A stretch of DNA of 64,000 nucleotides from Gemmatimonadota bacterium (lineage in GTDB: Bacteria; Gemmatimonadota; Gemmatimonadetes; Longimicrobiales; Gaopeijiaceae), in assembly GCA_028874995.1 (NCBI GenBank), contig JAPPGM010000147.1, forward strand, positions 4,545 through 68,544. Reading direction: 5' to 3'. How positions within the stretch are numbered: position 1 is the stretch's first letter; each line of letters opens with the position of its first letter. Below are positions 43,306 through 52,864 of this stretch, piece by piece. Position numbers and translations under genes: made by a program. The notes beneath the pieces were generated by a model. That model was not told where the DNA came from. It worked only from the letters and a program-made list of their open reading frames with translations, and did no database searches.

Positions 43306-45669
43306 AATCAGCACCCTCGGGGCCCGCTTCACGAAGAACACGCCCTCCTTGCCCGAGGTCACCACGATGATTCCGCTCTCGAAGTACGGGTAGTTGCTCC
43401 ACGACCCGTCGAAGCCCGGCGCGTCCTCGCCCCACGGCACCGTGTCGAAGAAGCCGGTCTCCACCGGATTCTCGCGGTCGGAGATGTCCAGCACGCGCAG
43501 CCCGCTCACGTAGTTGGACTGGTACATGAAGTCGCCGCGGATGTACAGGTTGTGGTCCGACGAGGTGTTCTCCGAGAAGTGCTCCTTGACCAGGATCGGG
43601 TCGTCGAGGTCCTTTACGTCCCACACCAGAGTGCGGGTGTTCGAGACCATGCCGTCCAGCTCGTCGAGCTCGTCGTTCATGTAGAAGTACTCGTGGGCCT
43701 CGTCGATCCAGCCCTGGTGGGAGTAGGAGGCGCTGGGGTACGTGCTCATGGCCAGTGCGACGGGGGCGTTCTTGTCGGTGACGTCGGCGATGCTCAGCGC
43801 AGTCTCGTTGGAGCCGAAGCAGATCTCCTTGCCGCGGTGCTCCGCGTCGGGCCCGTCGTAGATGATGCACATGGCGTCGTGGCTGTAGCCGGTCTGAGCC
43901 CGTCCGGTGGCGGCGTCGGCGAAGCAGCCGGCGAAGGTCGGATTCCGTGGATCGCGGATGTCGATCATGTGGAGCCCGCCGCCGCAGGTGTCGCCGCCGC
44001 CGCTGGATCCCACCGAGTACGCGAAGCCGGTGGCCTCGTTGATGACGATGTTGTGGGCGCTGTGGATCCCGTCGTAGCGTGCCGTTTCCTCGAAAATGAC
44101 GGGTTCTCCGGTGGCTTCACGCAGCTGGGTGAGGTCGAAGATCTGCATGCCGTGCCGGCCCGAATTGTCGGAGACGATGAAGGCGTGATCGGCGTAGACC
44201 TTGATGTCGCGCCACGTGCTCGGACTGGCCCCCTCGGTCAGTGGCAGGTTGCCGGCGTTTCTCGGGTGCGCAGGGTCGCTGAGGTCGATGAAGGAAGTAC
44301 CGTCGTAGCGGCCCACGATCGCCCACTCCGTCCCCGTGACCGGATCCGTCCACCCCCACACGTCGTTGACCTCGGCGCCGCGCCCGCCGCCCAACTGCTG
44401 CACCGGCAGAAAGGACACGATGTCGACGTTGGCGCAGGTGAAGACATCGGCGGACCCGTCCTGGCAGGCGACCTCGTCACCGGTGATCGGGTCGAGACCG
44501 GCGACTTCACTGGCCACGCGGACCCCCCGGTTCCAGCCATCGCCTTCGCGCTCGATGATCGCGGCTGTGCCCAGACCGTAGTCGTCACCTTCCACCCCCA
44601 CGATCCCGACGTCTTCGCCCAACGCGAGAACCGACCCCATCTGGTCGCCCGGGGACAGTCCATCCACGGAGAACTTCGTCATCGCGCCCCAGCCGCCGCC
44701 TCCGGGCTCCGGGGACATCACGTAGAAGCGTCCCTCGAATCCTCCGGCTCCCGGTGCCGCAATCCAGATGTCGTCGCCACTGAGCGCAACGGCGCTGCCG
44801 AACCGGGTCCCGTAACTCCCGTCGAATGGTCGGTAGGTCGCCTCCGGGCTCCATTCACCCGAAGACTCGTCAAGGACGTAGCGGTAGACCGCGCCGACAA
44901 ACCCGTCCTGGTGCGGTGCGCCGATCACGGCCGTGCCGTTTCGCATCACCAGCGCCGACCCGAACCCGGTCCGACCCGTGTCTTCCGGTTGCAGCTTGGC
45001 CGTCTCGGACCAGCTTCCATCAGCCCCGCGGCGAAAAACGTACACGGCACCCCGGCCCTGGTTCTTCCGCGCAGTCCCTATCAACGCGTAGTCTCCTTCG
45101 ACTGCCATCGCACCCCCGAACCAGTCCTGCGGCTCGGCGTCGCTCGCCATCAGCTTGGCCGTTTCACTCCACCGGCCGGAATCGTCGCGTGCGAGCACGT
45201 AGACGGCGCCGCGACCTTCATCGTGGCCCCAGGCGGCCACGAGGGCCAGGTCGTCCCCCACCGCAATGGCACGCCCGAAGGCTTCACCCGCGACCACGTC
45301 ACTGGCGGAGATCCTGGCCGTCTCGGTCCATTCCCCCGCTTGGTTCCTTCGGAAGACATAGACCGCGCCCCGGGTTTCGTCGATGACCGTGGATCCGACC
45401 AGGAGGTCGCCACCCACTACCGCCAGCGCCCGCCCGAAGTGGTCCCCGTCTGCCGCGTCCGAGGCGGAAAGACGCTGCACTTCAGTCCACCCGCCTCCGT
45501 TCCTCCGGTAGACATACACGTACCCCGGAGCGCGTTCGTTGAGCGATTCGCCGATGAGGACATCGCCCCCGCTCATGGCGGCGGAGCTCCCGAACCCCTG
45601 TGCCGTGACCTGCGAAGGCTGCAGGAAGAAAACCAGCGACGCGAACAGTGGAAGAATGGACAGCCTCAC
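43300..45669 (-). CDS. Secreted FG-GAP-like beta-propeller fused to a choice-of-anchor B/LVIVD-type domain (paralogue 1)
   Basis: GTG start at 45669 (VRLSILPLFASLVFFLQPSQVTAQ). The N-half has about 8 repeats of FG.A.A..GD..[LV][VI]GA....GAVYV[FY]. The C-half carries VNDVWGWTDPVTGTEWAIVG, WRDIKVYADHAFIVSD, GGLHMIDIRDP, HQGWIDE and HNLYIRGDFMYQSNYVSGLRVLDIS. Confidence 0.8.
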   Translation of the reverse strand: MRLSILPLFASLVFFLQPSQVTAQGFGSSAAMSGGDVLIGESLNERAPGYVYVYRRNGGGWTEVQRLSASDAADGDHFGRALAVVGGDLLVGSTVIDETRGAVYVFRRNQAGEWTETARISASDVVAGEAFGRAIAVGDDLALVAAWGHDEGRGAVYVLARDDSGRWSETAKLMASDAEPQDWFGGAMAVEGDYALIGTARKNQGRGAVYVFRRGADGSWSETAKLQPEDTGRTGFGSALVMRNGTAVIGAPHQDGFVGAVYRYVLDESSGEWSPEATYRPFDGSYGTRFGSAVALSGDDIWIAAPGAGGFEGRFYVMSPEPGGGGWGAMTKFSVDGLSPGDQMGSVLALGEDVGIVGVEGDDYGLGTAAIIEREGDGWNRGVRVASEVAGLDPITGDEVACQDGSADVFTCANVDIVSFLPVQQLGGGRGAEVNDVWGWTDPVTGTEWAIVGRYDGTSFIDLSDPAHPRNAGNLPLTEGASPSTWRDIKVYADHAFIVSDNSGRHGMQIFDLTQLREATGEPVIFEETARYDGIHSAHNIVINEATGFAYSVGSSGGGDTCGGGLHMIDIRDPRNPTFAGCFADAATGRAQTGYSHDAMCIIYDGPDAEHRGKEICFGSNETALSIADVTDKNAPVALAMSTYPSASYSHQGWIDEAHEYFYMNDELDELDGMVSNTRTLVWDVKDLDDPILVKEHFSENTSSDHNLYIRGDFMYQSNYVSGLRVLDISDRENPVETGFFDTVPWGEDAPGFDGSWSNYPYFESGIIVVTSGKEGVFFVKRAPRVLIP

Positions 45670-45807
45670 GATCGTCACCTCGTTGCTTTGGGTTTGCCCG
45701 GCCCCCCGGGTGACGGGGTACCGGGAGCTGGATGGCGGTGCGGCCGAAATGCCGCCCCCGGGTGTCTGCGGTCTGTCAATGCATCCCGGTGACACCAATC
45801 AATCCTA

Positions 45808-48258
45808 CTACGAAACCGCCGGCGGCCGCTTCTTCAGCACGAAGAGCCCTTCCTTGATGCTCGACACGATGATCACCCCGCTCTTGAAGTACGGATAGAC
45901 GCTCCACGCCCCCGCGAACCCCGCCTTGTCCTCGCCGAAGGGCACGGTGTCGAAGAACCCGACCTCGCGCGGCTCCTCCGGGTTCGAGATGTCCAGGATC
46001 CGCAGCCCGCTGAGGTAGTTGGCCTGGTACATGTAGTCGCCGAGCACGTACAGGTTGTGGTCCGACGACCCGGTCGTACCCAGGTGCTCCTTGACCAGCA
46101 CCGGATCATCGAGTTCGCTGATGTCCCAGATCAGCGTGCGCGTGCGGGACACGTTGCCCGCGAGCTCGTCGGTCTCGTCGTTCATGTAGAAGTAGCGATG
46201 ATCGTCCGACAGCCACCCCTGGTGCAGGTATCCGCTGTTGGGATAGGTGGCGCTGGACAGGGCCACGGGCTCCTCCTTGTCGGTCACGTCCGAGATCGAG
46301 AGCGCATTCTCGTTGGCTCCGAGGCAGATTTCGCGATCCCGGTACTGTTCGTCGGGGCCCCGATAGCGCACGCATTGGGCGTCGTGGCTGTAGCCGGTGC
46401 CCATGTTCCCCGTCGCGGCGTCGGCGAAGCAGCCCGCGAAGGTGGGATTCTGCGGATCCCGGATGTCGACCATGTGAAGACCTCCACCGCACGTCTCCCC
46501 ACCGCCCGACGCCCCCACCACGTACGCGAAGCCCGTCTCCTCGTTGATCACGATGTTGTGGGCCGAGTGGATGCCATCGTACCTGGCCGTCGGCTCGAAG
46601 GTCATTGGAGGATCGCTCACGTTGCGCAGCCGGGTGAGGTCGAAGACCTGCACGCCGTGCGCCCCGGCGTTGTCCGCCACCACGAAGGCGTGGTCGCTGT
46701 AGACCTTGATGTCACGCCACATGTTGGGCGTGGCCCCTTCGGTGAGCGGCAGTTCGCCCAGGTACACCGGGTTGGAGGGATCGGTCAGGTCGACGAAGGT
46801 CGTTGCGTCCGAACGCCCCATGATGGCGTATTCGCGCCCCGTTTCGGAGTCCGTCCACCCCCACAGGTCGTTGGCGACCGCGCCCCGCTGGCCGCCCAGG
46901 TCATGGGTGGGCACGAAGGCGACCAAGTCGACCTCGCCGCATGCGAATCCCCCCGCCGAGCCTCCATCGCACCCGATCTCGCCGCCGGTAAGCGCCTCGA
47001 TTTCGCCCCCCTCGTCAACGATCCTGCCCTCCGACCGCCACCCGTCGGGAGTCCGGCCGAAGAGGAACCCGACCCCATCGAAGAAATCGGCGCCGGGCGC
47101 GCCCACCACCGCCACATCCCCGCCCAGGGCAACGGAGAGACCGTAGAAGTTGAACGGTCCACCGGAGCCGAACTCGGCGACCTCGGCCCAATCCCCGGAC
47201 TCATCGCGGCGGAACGCGTATCCACCGCCAAGACCTCCTCCCGCCAACGGCGTCCCTGCAACGAGGTCGTCTCCGGAGGCGGCGACCGCCATTCCGAACC
47301 CGGACGCCGCGACCGGCGTTCCCGGCTGGATCGTGTGTGCATGCGTCCACTCCGTGCCCGCGCCTCCCCCGGCCGGGGTGAAGTGATAGACGGCACCGCT
47401 CAGCTGCCCGCCGAGTGGCGCACCCGCGAAGACCTCGCCCCGCGACACGGCCACGCTGGCTCCCATGGAAGCCGGGACAAGTTCGGGTGGCTCGAGACGT
47501 ATGAGCGGTGTCCACGTCCCCGTCGCCCCGCCGAAAAGATAGACCGACCCCGGCTGCAGGTCGGGAACGCCTGTTCCCGGGATCAGGGAGATCGCCCCGC
47601 CCGGCGCGCCGACCGCCAGCAGGTCGTCCTCCAGGTCGAGCGAGGTGCCGTACCCCGCGCCGTCGGGCAGGTCGGCGGGCTGGAGGGCTCCGCTTGGCGA
47701 GTAACCGACCCCATACGCCCGGAAGCCGAATACCGCGCCCCTGCCCTCGTCCGCCCCGGGTGCACCGACGAGGATGTCGCTCCCGTTCGTGGCCACCGCG
47801 GCCCCGAAACGGGCGTCCGCCGGTGCCTCGCCCCAGGCGAGCCGCTGAATCCGCGACCACCCGTCGCCCTCCCGGCGGTACACGTAAACCGCGCCGGTCC
47901 CTTCTCCGGGCGCGCCGACAACGAGCACGTCGCCGCTCACGTCCAACCCTTCGCCGAAGCCCGTGGCGGCATCGGTCACGGGCGTTGGCAGCGATGCCGT
48001 TTCGGTCCACCCGTCGCCTGCGCGGGTGAAGATGTGCACGCCCCCTGCGCGGTTTCCCGGCATGGGGAAGATCGCGAGCCCGCCGGGCCTTGCCACGAAG
48101 ATCTCGTCACCCTGCACCACGACGCTGGCTGAAAACGCGGTCGCGACGGTTGGAGACGGGATGGATCCGGCGGTTGTCTGTCCGGCGACCCCCGAAGGCG
48201 GGCTGACAAGGAGTCCCACGGCAATGCTGACGTAAAGTCCTGCGAGGCGGGTGTGCAT
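45808..48258 (-). CDS. Secreted FG-GAP-like beta-propeller fused to a choice-of-anchor B-type domain (paralogue 2)
   Basis: ATG at 48258 (MHTRLAGLYVSIAVGLLVSPPSGVAGQ). Same architecture as paralogue 1. The C-halves look highly similar by eye (ANDLWGWTDSETGREYAIMG, WRDIKVYSDHAFVVAD, GGLHMVDIRDP). Confidence 0.8.
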   Translation of the reverse strand: MHTRLAGLYVSIAVGLLVSPPSGVAGQTTAGSIPSPTVATAFSASVVVQGDEIFVARPGGLAIFPMPGNRAGGVHIFTRAGDGWTETASLPTPVTDAATGFGEGLDVSGDVLVVGAPGEGTGAVYVYRREGDGWSRIQRLAWGEAPADARFGAAVATNGSDILVGAPGADEGRGAVFGFRAYGVGYSPSGALQPADLPDGAGYGTSLDLEDDLLAVGAPGGAISLIPGTGVPDLQPGSVYLFGGATGTWTPLIRLEPPELVPASMGASVAVSRGEVFAGAPLGGQLSGAVYHFTPAGGGAGTEWTHAHTIQPGTPVAASGFGMAVAASGDDLVAGTPLAGGGLGGGYAFRRDESGDWAEVAEFGSGGPFNFYGLSVALGGDVAVVGAPGADFFDGVGFLFGRTPDGWRSEGRIVDEGGEIEALTGGEIGCDGGSAGGFACGEVDLVAFVPTHDLGGQRGAVANDLWGWTDSETGREYAIMGRSDATTFVDLTDPSNPVYLGELPLTEGATPNMWRDIKVYSDHAFVVADNAGAHGVQVFDLTRLRNVSDPPMTFEPTARYDGIHSAHNIVINEETGFAYVVGASGGGETCGGGLHMVDIRDPQNPTFAGCFADAATGNMGTGYSHDAQCVRYRGPDEQYRDREICLGANENALSISDVTDKEEPVALSSATYPNSGYLHQGWLSDDHRYFYMNDETDELAGNVSRTRTLIWDISELDDPVLVKEHLGTTGSSDHNLYVLGDYMYQANYLSGLRILDISNPEEPREVGFFDTVPFGEDKAGFAGAWSVYPYFKSGVIIVSSIKEGLFVLKKRPPAVS

Positions 48259-48337
48259 GGTGTTCGGATTTCCAGGTTGGGGGGCGTGCTTTGGAGCGAC
48301 TCCGGGCGGGCGAGCCCGACCGATCCGGGCACAATAA

Positions 48338-49292
48338 TCAAACCATGCGCGCCGGCCCACCGGATCGGGCCGGAGCGACCTCCCGCTGTGGGCGCTCGCG
48401 GTTCGAGATGTCCACGATCCTCAGGCCGCTCTGGTAGTTCGACTGGTACATCAGGTCGCCCCGGATGTAGAGATTGTGGTCCGTGGTGCGGGTCTCGCCT
48501 CCGATCGAGCCGGCCAGGACGGGGTCGGCCAGGTCCCGCAGATCCCACACGAGGGTTCGCGTATTCCGCTCACCGGCCGCCTCGTCCATTTCGTCGTTCA
48601 GGTAGAAGAACTCGTGCTCCTCGTCCATCCATCCCTGGTGGGCATACCACACGCGGGGATAGGTCGCCACGGCGATGGTGAACGGCCGACCCTTGTCCGT
48701 CACATCGACGATGGCCACCGCGGTCTCGTTGGCGCCCACACAGATCTCGCGTCCCCGGTAGTCGGTGTCGGGCCCGCGGTAGACGATGGGTGAGATCGAA
48801 GACCTGCATGCCGTGTGCGCCCGCCCCGTCGGAGACGACGAAGGCATGGTCACGATAGACCTTCATGTCCCGCCACAGGCTTTCCCGCGCGCCGTCGGTC
48901 ATCGGCAGCACGCCGGCGTGCACCGGATTCTCGGCATCGCTCAGGTCGATGAAGGAGGTTCCGGCGGAGTGTCCCACCAGCGCCCATTCCGTGCCCGTCG
49001 CGGGGTCGGTCCATCCCCAGATGTCGTTCGTCGAGCCATCGAGCGACGCGCCGATGTCGGCCAGACGGAGGAACGCAACCAGGTCGACGTTCTTGCAGGG
49101 GAACCCGCGGGCCCATCCTCATTCGCACGCCACGGTGCCGCCGGTGATCGCGACCTCTCCCGGTGGAATCGTGTCCACAACCACGCTGCGGACGACCGGT
49201 CCGGCATGGTCACCTTCCACGCAGGCCGACAGGAAGGTCCCCGGCGCCGCGACCAACGCGGCGACACGAACCCCTCGAATCCTGCGCGCCAT
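48338..49292 (-). pseudogene. Decayed third choice-of-anchor B paralogue (short form, no FG-GAP half)
   Basis: Starts at ATG 49292 (MARRIRGVRVAALVAAPGTFLSAC lipobox). There is an in-frame TGA at 49119-49121 inside the conserved VAC(E/Q)xG...F.C segment. An out-of-frame internal deletion of roughly 87 codons sits at about 48786-48792, between QVFDLT and IVYRGPD. The C-terminus is truncated after LRIVDISNRERP. Confidence 0.7.
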
Positions 49293-49517
49293 GACGATTC
49301 TCTCCTGGGGCAGTGTGTTCCGATGGGATACGTCCACCGGCTCGGCCGCCCAGCCCCGGAAAAAGGACCGAACTGTCCCAACAATTGTATGCGTGAAGAG
49401 CGCTGGTTCCCTTCGGTAGAGCTTAGCGGAGCCTGTGGAGGGATCGGCGGCGGGAAGCGGGCTGCGGTGGACCTGGGCCGGATTGTTACGCGTCAGCGTC
49501 CTTGAAGTAAAACATAC

Positions 49518-49546
49518 TTTACATTTTGTAATGTGTAGATTACTAT
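49518..49546 (+). promoter_or_regulatory. Candidate sigma70-like promoter TTTACA-N17-TACTAT
   Basis: It lies in the only strongly AT-rich patch (about 49500-49600) upstream of the gene starting at 49616 and would give a leader of about 60 nt. Motif match only. Confidence 0.3.
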
Positions 49547-49615
49547 TGAGGCGCGGTGTCCCAGATCGTGTCATCTTGAAAAACAATCTGTCCGCTACCG
49601 CGCCCGGAGATCCGC

Positions 49616-51391
49616 ATGCACTCTGCCCGCATCCGCCCGCTCGTCGCCACCGCGCTTGCCGCAGGGACTGTCGGAGCCGGCACGTCCTGCGACCCGGGCC
49701 CGCGTCCCGCCCATCTGGCCACAGCCCACCAGATGGGTCCGGTTGCATACCGCGATCCCGCAGGCGGCGTCTCGCCCGACGGACGCTTTCTCGCCTACAC
49801 CCAGGGCCGCGAGTTGCTCGTGCATGACCTTGCCGGAGGCGAGATCCGCAGCCTGGGCCTCGCTCCCAGCCAGCTCCGCTACGTCACCTGGCATCCGGAC
49901 AGCGATCGCCTGCTCGTCCACGAACGCTCCTTCAACCGGCGCCGGCAGGCCTGGTTCGTCTACAACGTTGAAAGCGGCGCCAAGCAGACCATGTGGGGTA
50001 CCGGGTACGCCACCGGCCTGCCCTCTCCGTCCACGCTGCTGGAACTCGGTTGGGCGCCCGACGGCGAATCGGTGGTCGGTGTCGTGAGGAACGGGAAGGT
50101 CTCCCGGGTCTGGCGTATCCGCGCCGACGGCACCTCCGGCGAGGTCGTGGCCGAAAGCCTGCGCCTTTCCTACCCGGTGGTCTCGCCCATTGGCGAAGTC
50201 GCGTGCGTCGAGCGGTATGGAGGCGTGCAGCACCTCCGCTACCCGTGCGCTGAACCGCGCGTCCACTGGCTGGACGGGCAGCAGCCGTACGGACGCGTCG
50301 CGTTCTCCGCCGATGGCACCACCATCTACTACGCCGCACCGAACGACAACGGTGTCCTCGAACTCTGGTCGAGACCCGTCGGGGGTGGCGAAGCCCGCCA
50401 ACTGGCGGTCGCCGAGCGCGACGCGTACGGTCCCGCCGTTACAGCTGGCGGCGACGTCGTCTACCGGAGCCAGCACTACATGGTCTCCCTGTCCGCGGTC
50501 CCCGCCGGGGTCGGCCCCCCCAGACGGATCACCACCTTTCAGTCCGAAACCCCGGCCTGGAGCCCCGACCGCACCGAGATCTCGTTCACCTTCGGCCGCT
50601 GGCGCGTGGCCACCGACGACGTGAACTATCCCGACATCGACCAGCACATCGGCGTCGTGGACGCGACCTCGCCGTCGCCGAAGAACGCGCCCGACCGGAT
50701 CGTCCGTAGCTCGTACTCGGAAGATCAGGGCATGCACTGGTCGCCGAACGGCCGCTGGATCACCTACCACAGCCACATCGGCGGCACCGACGACACGTAC
50801 CTGATCCCCGCCGACGATCCCTCGGACCCCCGCATCATCTCGGAGGAGGGCCACGAGACCGGATGGCCCCGCTGGTCACCCGACGGCCGCTGGATCGTCT
50901 TCCCCAGCTACACCCGCGACGCGGCCGGGGCACGCAGGAGTTTCCTGTACATCATCCCCGTCGACCAGGAGACCGGCGTGACGCTGCCGCAGCGAGCGGT
51001 GGACCTGGCCGGCTTCGGCCACGACGCGCTCCAGGCCGAGTGGACCCCGGATTCGGAGGGACTGGTGTTCGAGGCGGCCGAGGGAGCGGGCAGGAAGGCG
51101 CTATACCGGGTCCCGCGCGACGGCGGCGTCCCCGAGCGCTTCCACGAATGGGCATCGGACCAGGTGCATTCGGGGATCGCGGTATCGCCGGACGGCAGGT
51201 GGGTCGCGTACATCGGCCCGGACGAGGCGGGGTTCTTCCAGGTATACCGGGTGCCGCTGGGTGGGGGGACGGCGGAGCAGGTGACGATGGATCCGGCGCG
51301 GAAGACGCAGCCGGCCTACGATCCGACGGGGAAGTGGCTGGCGTATACGGTGTTCAGCTACGAGGCGCGGTTCTGGCGGTTGGGGGGATAG
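49616..51391 (+). CDS. TolB-like protein with WD40-like (PD40) beta-propeller repeats
   Basis: 591 aa with signal or lipobox AAGTVGAGTSC. Recurrent PD40 motifs: VSPDGRFLAY, FSADGTTIYY, PAWSPDRTEISF, HWSPNGRWITY, RWSPDGRWIVF, VSPDGRWVAY, YDPTGKWLAY. Confidence 0.75.
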   Translation: MHSARIRPLVATALAAGTVGAGTSCDPGPRPAHLATAHQMGPVAYRDPAGGVSPDGRFLAYTQGRELLVHDLAGGEIRSLGLAPSQLRYVTWHPDSDRLLVHERSFNRRRQAWFVYNVESGAKQTMWGTGYATGLPSPSTLLELGWAPDGESVVGVVRNGKVSRVWRIRADGTSGEVVAESLRLSYPVVSPIGEVACVERYGGVQHLRYPCAEPRVHWLDGQQPYGRVAFSADGTTIYYAAPNDNGVLELWSRPVGGGEARQLAVAERDAYGPAVTAGGDVVYRSQHYMVSLSAVPAGVGPPRRITTFQSETPAWSPDRTEISFTFGRWRVATDDVNYPDIDQHIGVVDATSPSPKNAPDRIVRSSYSEDQGMHWSPNGRWITYHSHIGGTDDTYLIPADDPSDPRIISEEGHETGWPRWSPDGRWIVFPSYTRDAAGARRSFLYIIPVDQETGVTLPQRAVDLAGFGHDALQAEWTPDSEGLVFEAAEGAGRKALYRVPRDGGVPERFHEWASDQVHSGIAVSPDGRWVAYIGPDEAGFFQVYRVPLGGGTAEQVTMDPARKTQPAYDPTGKWLAYTVFSYEARFWRLGG

Positions 51392-51394
51392 CCC

Positions 51395-51610
51395 CTACCA
51401 CCGCCGCATCTTCCCCGTCACCTCCACGTCGACCTTCACCCCGTCCACCGACCGCGGAATCTTCGCCCGCAACCGTGGGTCATCGCGCTCCAGGTAGACC
51501 TTCACGCAAGCCCTCCCCCCCTTCAGGCCGATCGCCGTACCGGCCACCCCGTCAATCCCGATCACCTTGCGTGTGACCTCCTTGCACGCGTCCTCGAACC
51601 GGTCCCGCAC
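51395..51610 (-). CDS. Small stand-alone ORF homologous to the N-terminal (prodomain-like) region of the upstream S1 protease
   Basis: GTG at 51610 is 4 nt after the protease stop. The 71-aa sequence VRDRFEDACKEVTRKVIGIDGVAGTAIGLKGGRACVKVYLERDDPRLRAKIPRSVDGVKVDVEVTGKMRRW aligns with LLGIPGVAGTAVGIGLNGLPVVKVYLAHSGVLGLPASLDGHAFVTEVTGEF of the protease. Confidence 0.45.
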   Translation of the reverse strand: MRDRFEDACKEVTRKVIGIDGVAGTAIGLKGGRACVKVYLERDDPRLRAKIPRSVDGVKVDVEVTGKMRRW

Positions 51611-51614
51611 GGGG

Positions 51615-52670
51615 TCAACTCCCGTCGATCGTGATGTCGAAGCGCTTGAGCACCACGTCGATGGGATTGGCCAGCGTACTGTTTTGGCTCCCCGCAAAGA
51701 GCAGCCCCACCGGACGTCGCGCATTCGAACCGGAACCACCGGACACGATGAGCGACCCGGAATCTCCCGGTGCCGAGAAGCCATTCCCCGAAATCATGAT
51801 CTGGCCCACGAAGCGCGCGGTGCCGTCTCGGAAGCCGACGTTCATGGTGGCGTTGATGCCGGTCACCTTGCCCGTGGTGTGGCCGGTCGTGCGTCCGTAC
51901 TTCTGGACCTCCATTCCGAGACGGGCCGCGGTTGTCTCGCTCTGCGGCGTACCGTAGCCGTTCGGCGGGGTGCTGTTGCCGAGCTGCTCGGTGGAGGTTG
52001 CCGCGATGGCCGCGTCGATGCGGTTCTCGGGGCAGGTGGGGAAGGGGGCGCAGAAGCGGATGGGCTCGAAGTCGTGCAGCGTGCCGATCGCGTCGTCGGG
52101 GTTCACGCCCCCGTCCACCGTGCCCGGCTGAAGGATGTGGTCGCCCAGCTTGGCCGCGTTGCGGTTGGCGTAGACATGGTTGTTGCTGAGAGCAAAGACA
52201 TCCGCGCCGGAGACGACCCGCGCGGCGATGGTGCCTGCCGTCACGTCGACCTGTCCGGTGGAGACGCCGATGGGCACGGGGCGCGGGAAGGAGCGTTTGG
52301 GGTCGGCTTCATCACCGGTGGCCGGCGGCATGTCGCCCCGGCCGGTGAACTCGCCGGTGACCTCGGTCACGAAGGCGTGTCCGTCGAGGCTGGCCGGGAG
52401 GCCGAGGACGCCGGAGTGCGCCAGGTAGACCTTGACGACCGGCAGGCCGTTGAGCCCGATCCCCACGGCCGTTCCCGCCACCCCGGGGATGCCGAGCAGG
52501 TCCTGGTTGTACCGCTCCTGAACCGCCATGGCGGCCGCGAAGTCGCCGTGCGCAAAGCTGAGGAATTCGGGTCCGACGGTTGCCGGATCGCCGATCGGCC
52601 GGAAGAAGAGGACGTCCAGCACCACGGCGGCGGCCAGGGTCGCGAAGCGCACCCCATTCCTCTTGCTCAT
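51615..52670 (-). CDS. Secreted chymotrypsin-fold (S1 family) serine protease with an N-terminal prodomain-like region
   Basis: Start at ATG 52670 (MSKRNGVRFATLAAAVVLDVLFF). Triad contexts are LSNNHVYAN (His), RIDAAIAAT (Asp) and SAPGDSGSLIV (Ser). The 749-aa track ORF is an over-extension. Confidence 0.75.
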   Translation of the reverse strand: MSKRNGVRFATLAAAVVLDVLFFRPIGDPATVGPEFLSFAHGDFAAAMAVQERYNQDLLGIPGVAGTAVGIGLNGLPVVKVYLAHSGVLGLPASLDGHAFVTEVTGEFTGRGDMPPATGDEADPKRSFPRPVPIGVSTGQVDVTAGTIAARVVSGADVFALSNNHVYANRNAAKLGDHILQPGTVDGGVNPDDAIGTLHDFEPIRFCAPFPTCPENRIDAAIAATSTEQLGNSTPPNGYGTPQSETTAARLGMEVQKYGRTTGHTTGKVTGINATMNVGFRDGTARFVGQIMISGNGFSAPGDSGSLIVSGGSGSNARRPVGLLFAGSQNSTLANPIDVVLKRFDITIDGS

Positions 52671-52864
52671 GTCCGAAACCTCCTTCGCCGCTCGAACGGG
52701 TTTGGATATCGGTACTCTCCAAGCCACGGAAAGGTTTCCCTCTCGGGGACGTTTGCGCCAGTGCCGGGCAGGCCGCGGGGTGCCGCCGGACCGGCGCGGC
52801 GGCGTCCTCCACCACCGCCTGCCGACGCACCGCGGGGACATCCTCCGCCACCCTGACTGCGCGT

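Noticed and set aside
49119-49121. In-frame TGA in the third choice-of-anchor B copy considered as a selenocysteine codon
   Set aside because: The aligned position in both intact paralogues is Asp/Gly, not Cys. I saw no SECIS-like hairpin downstream, and the gene carries two further disruptive lesions, so a nonsense mutation in a pseudogene is the simpler reading.
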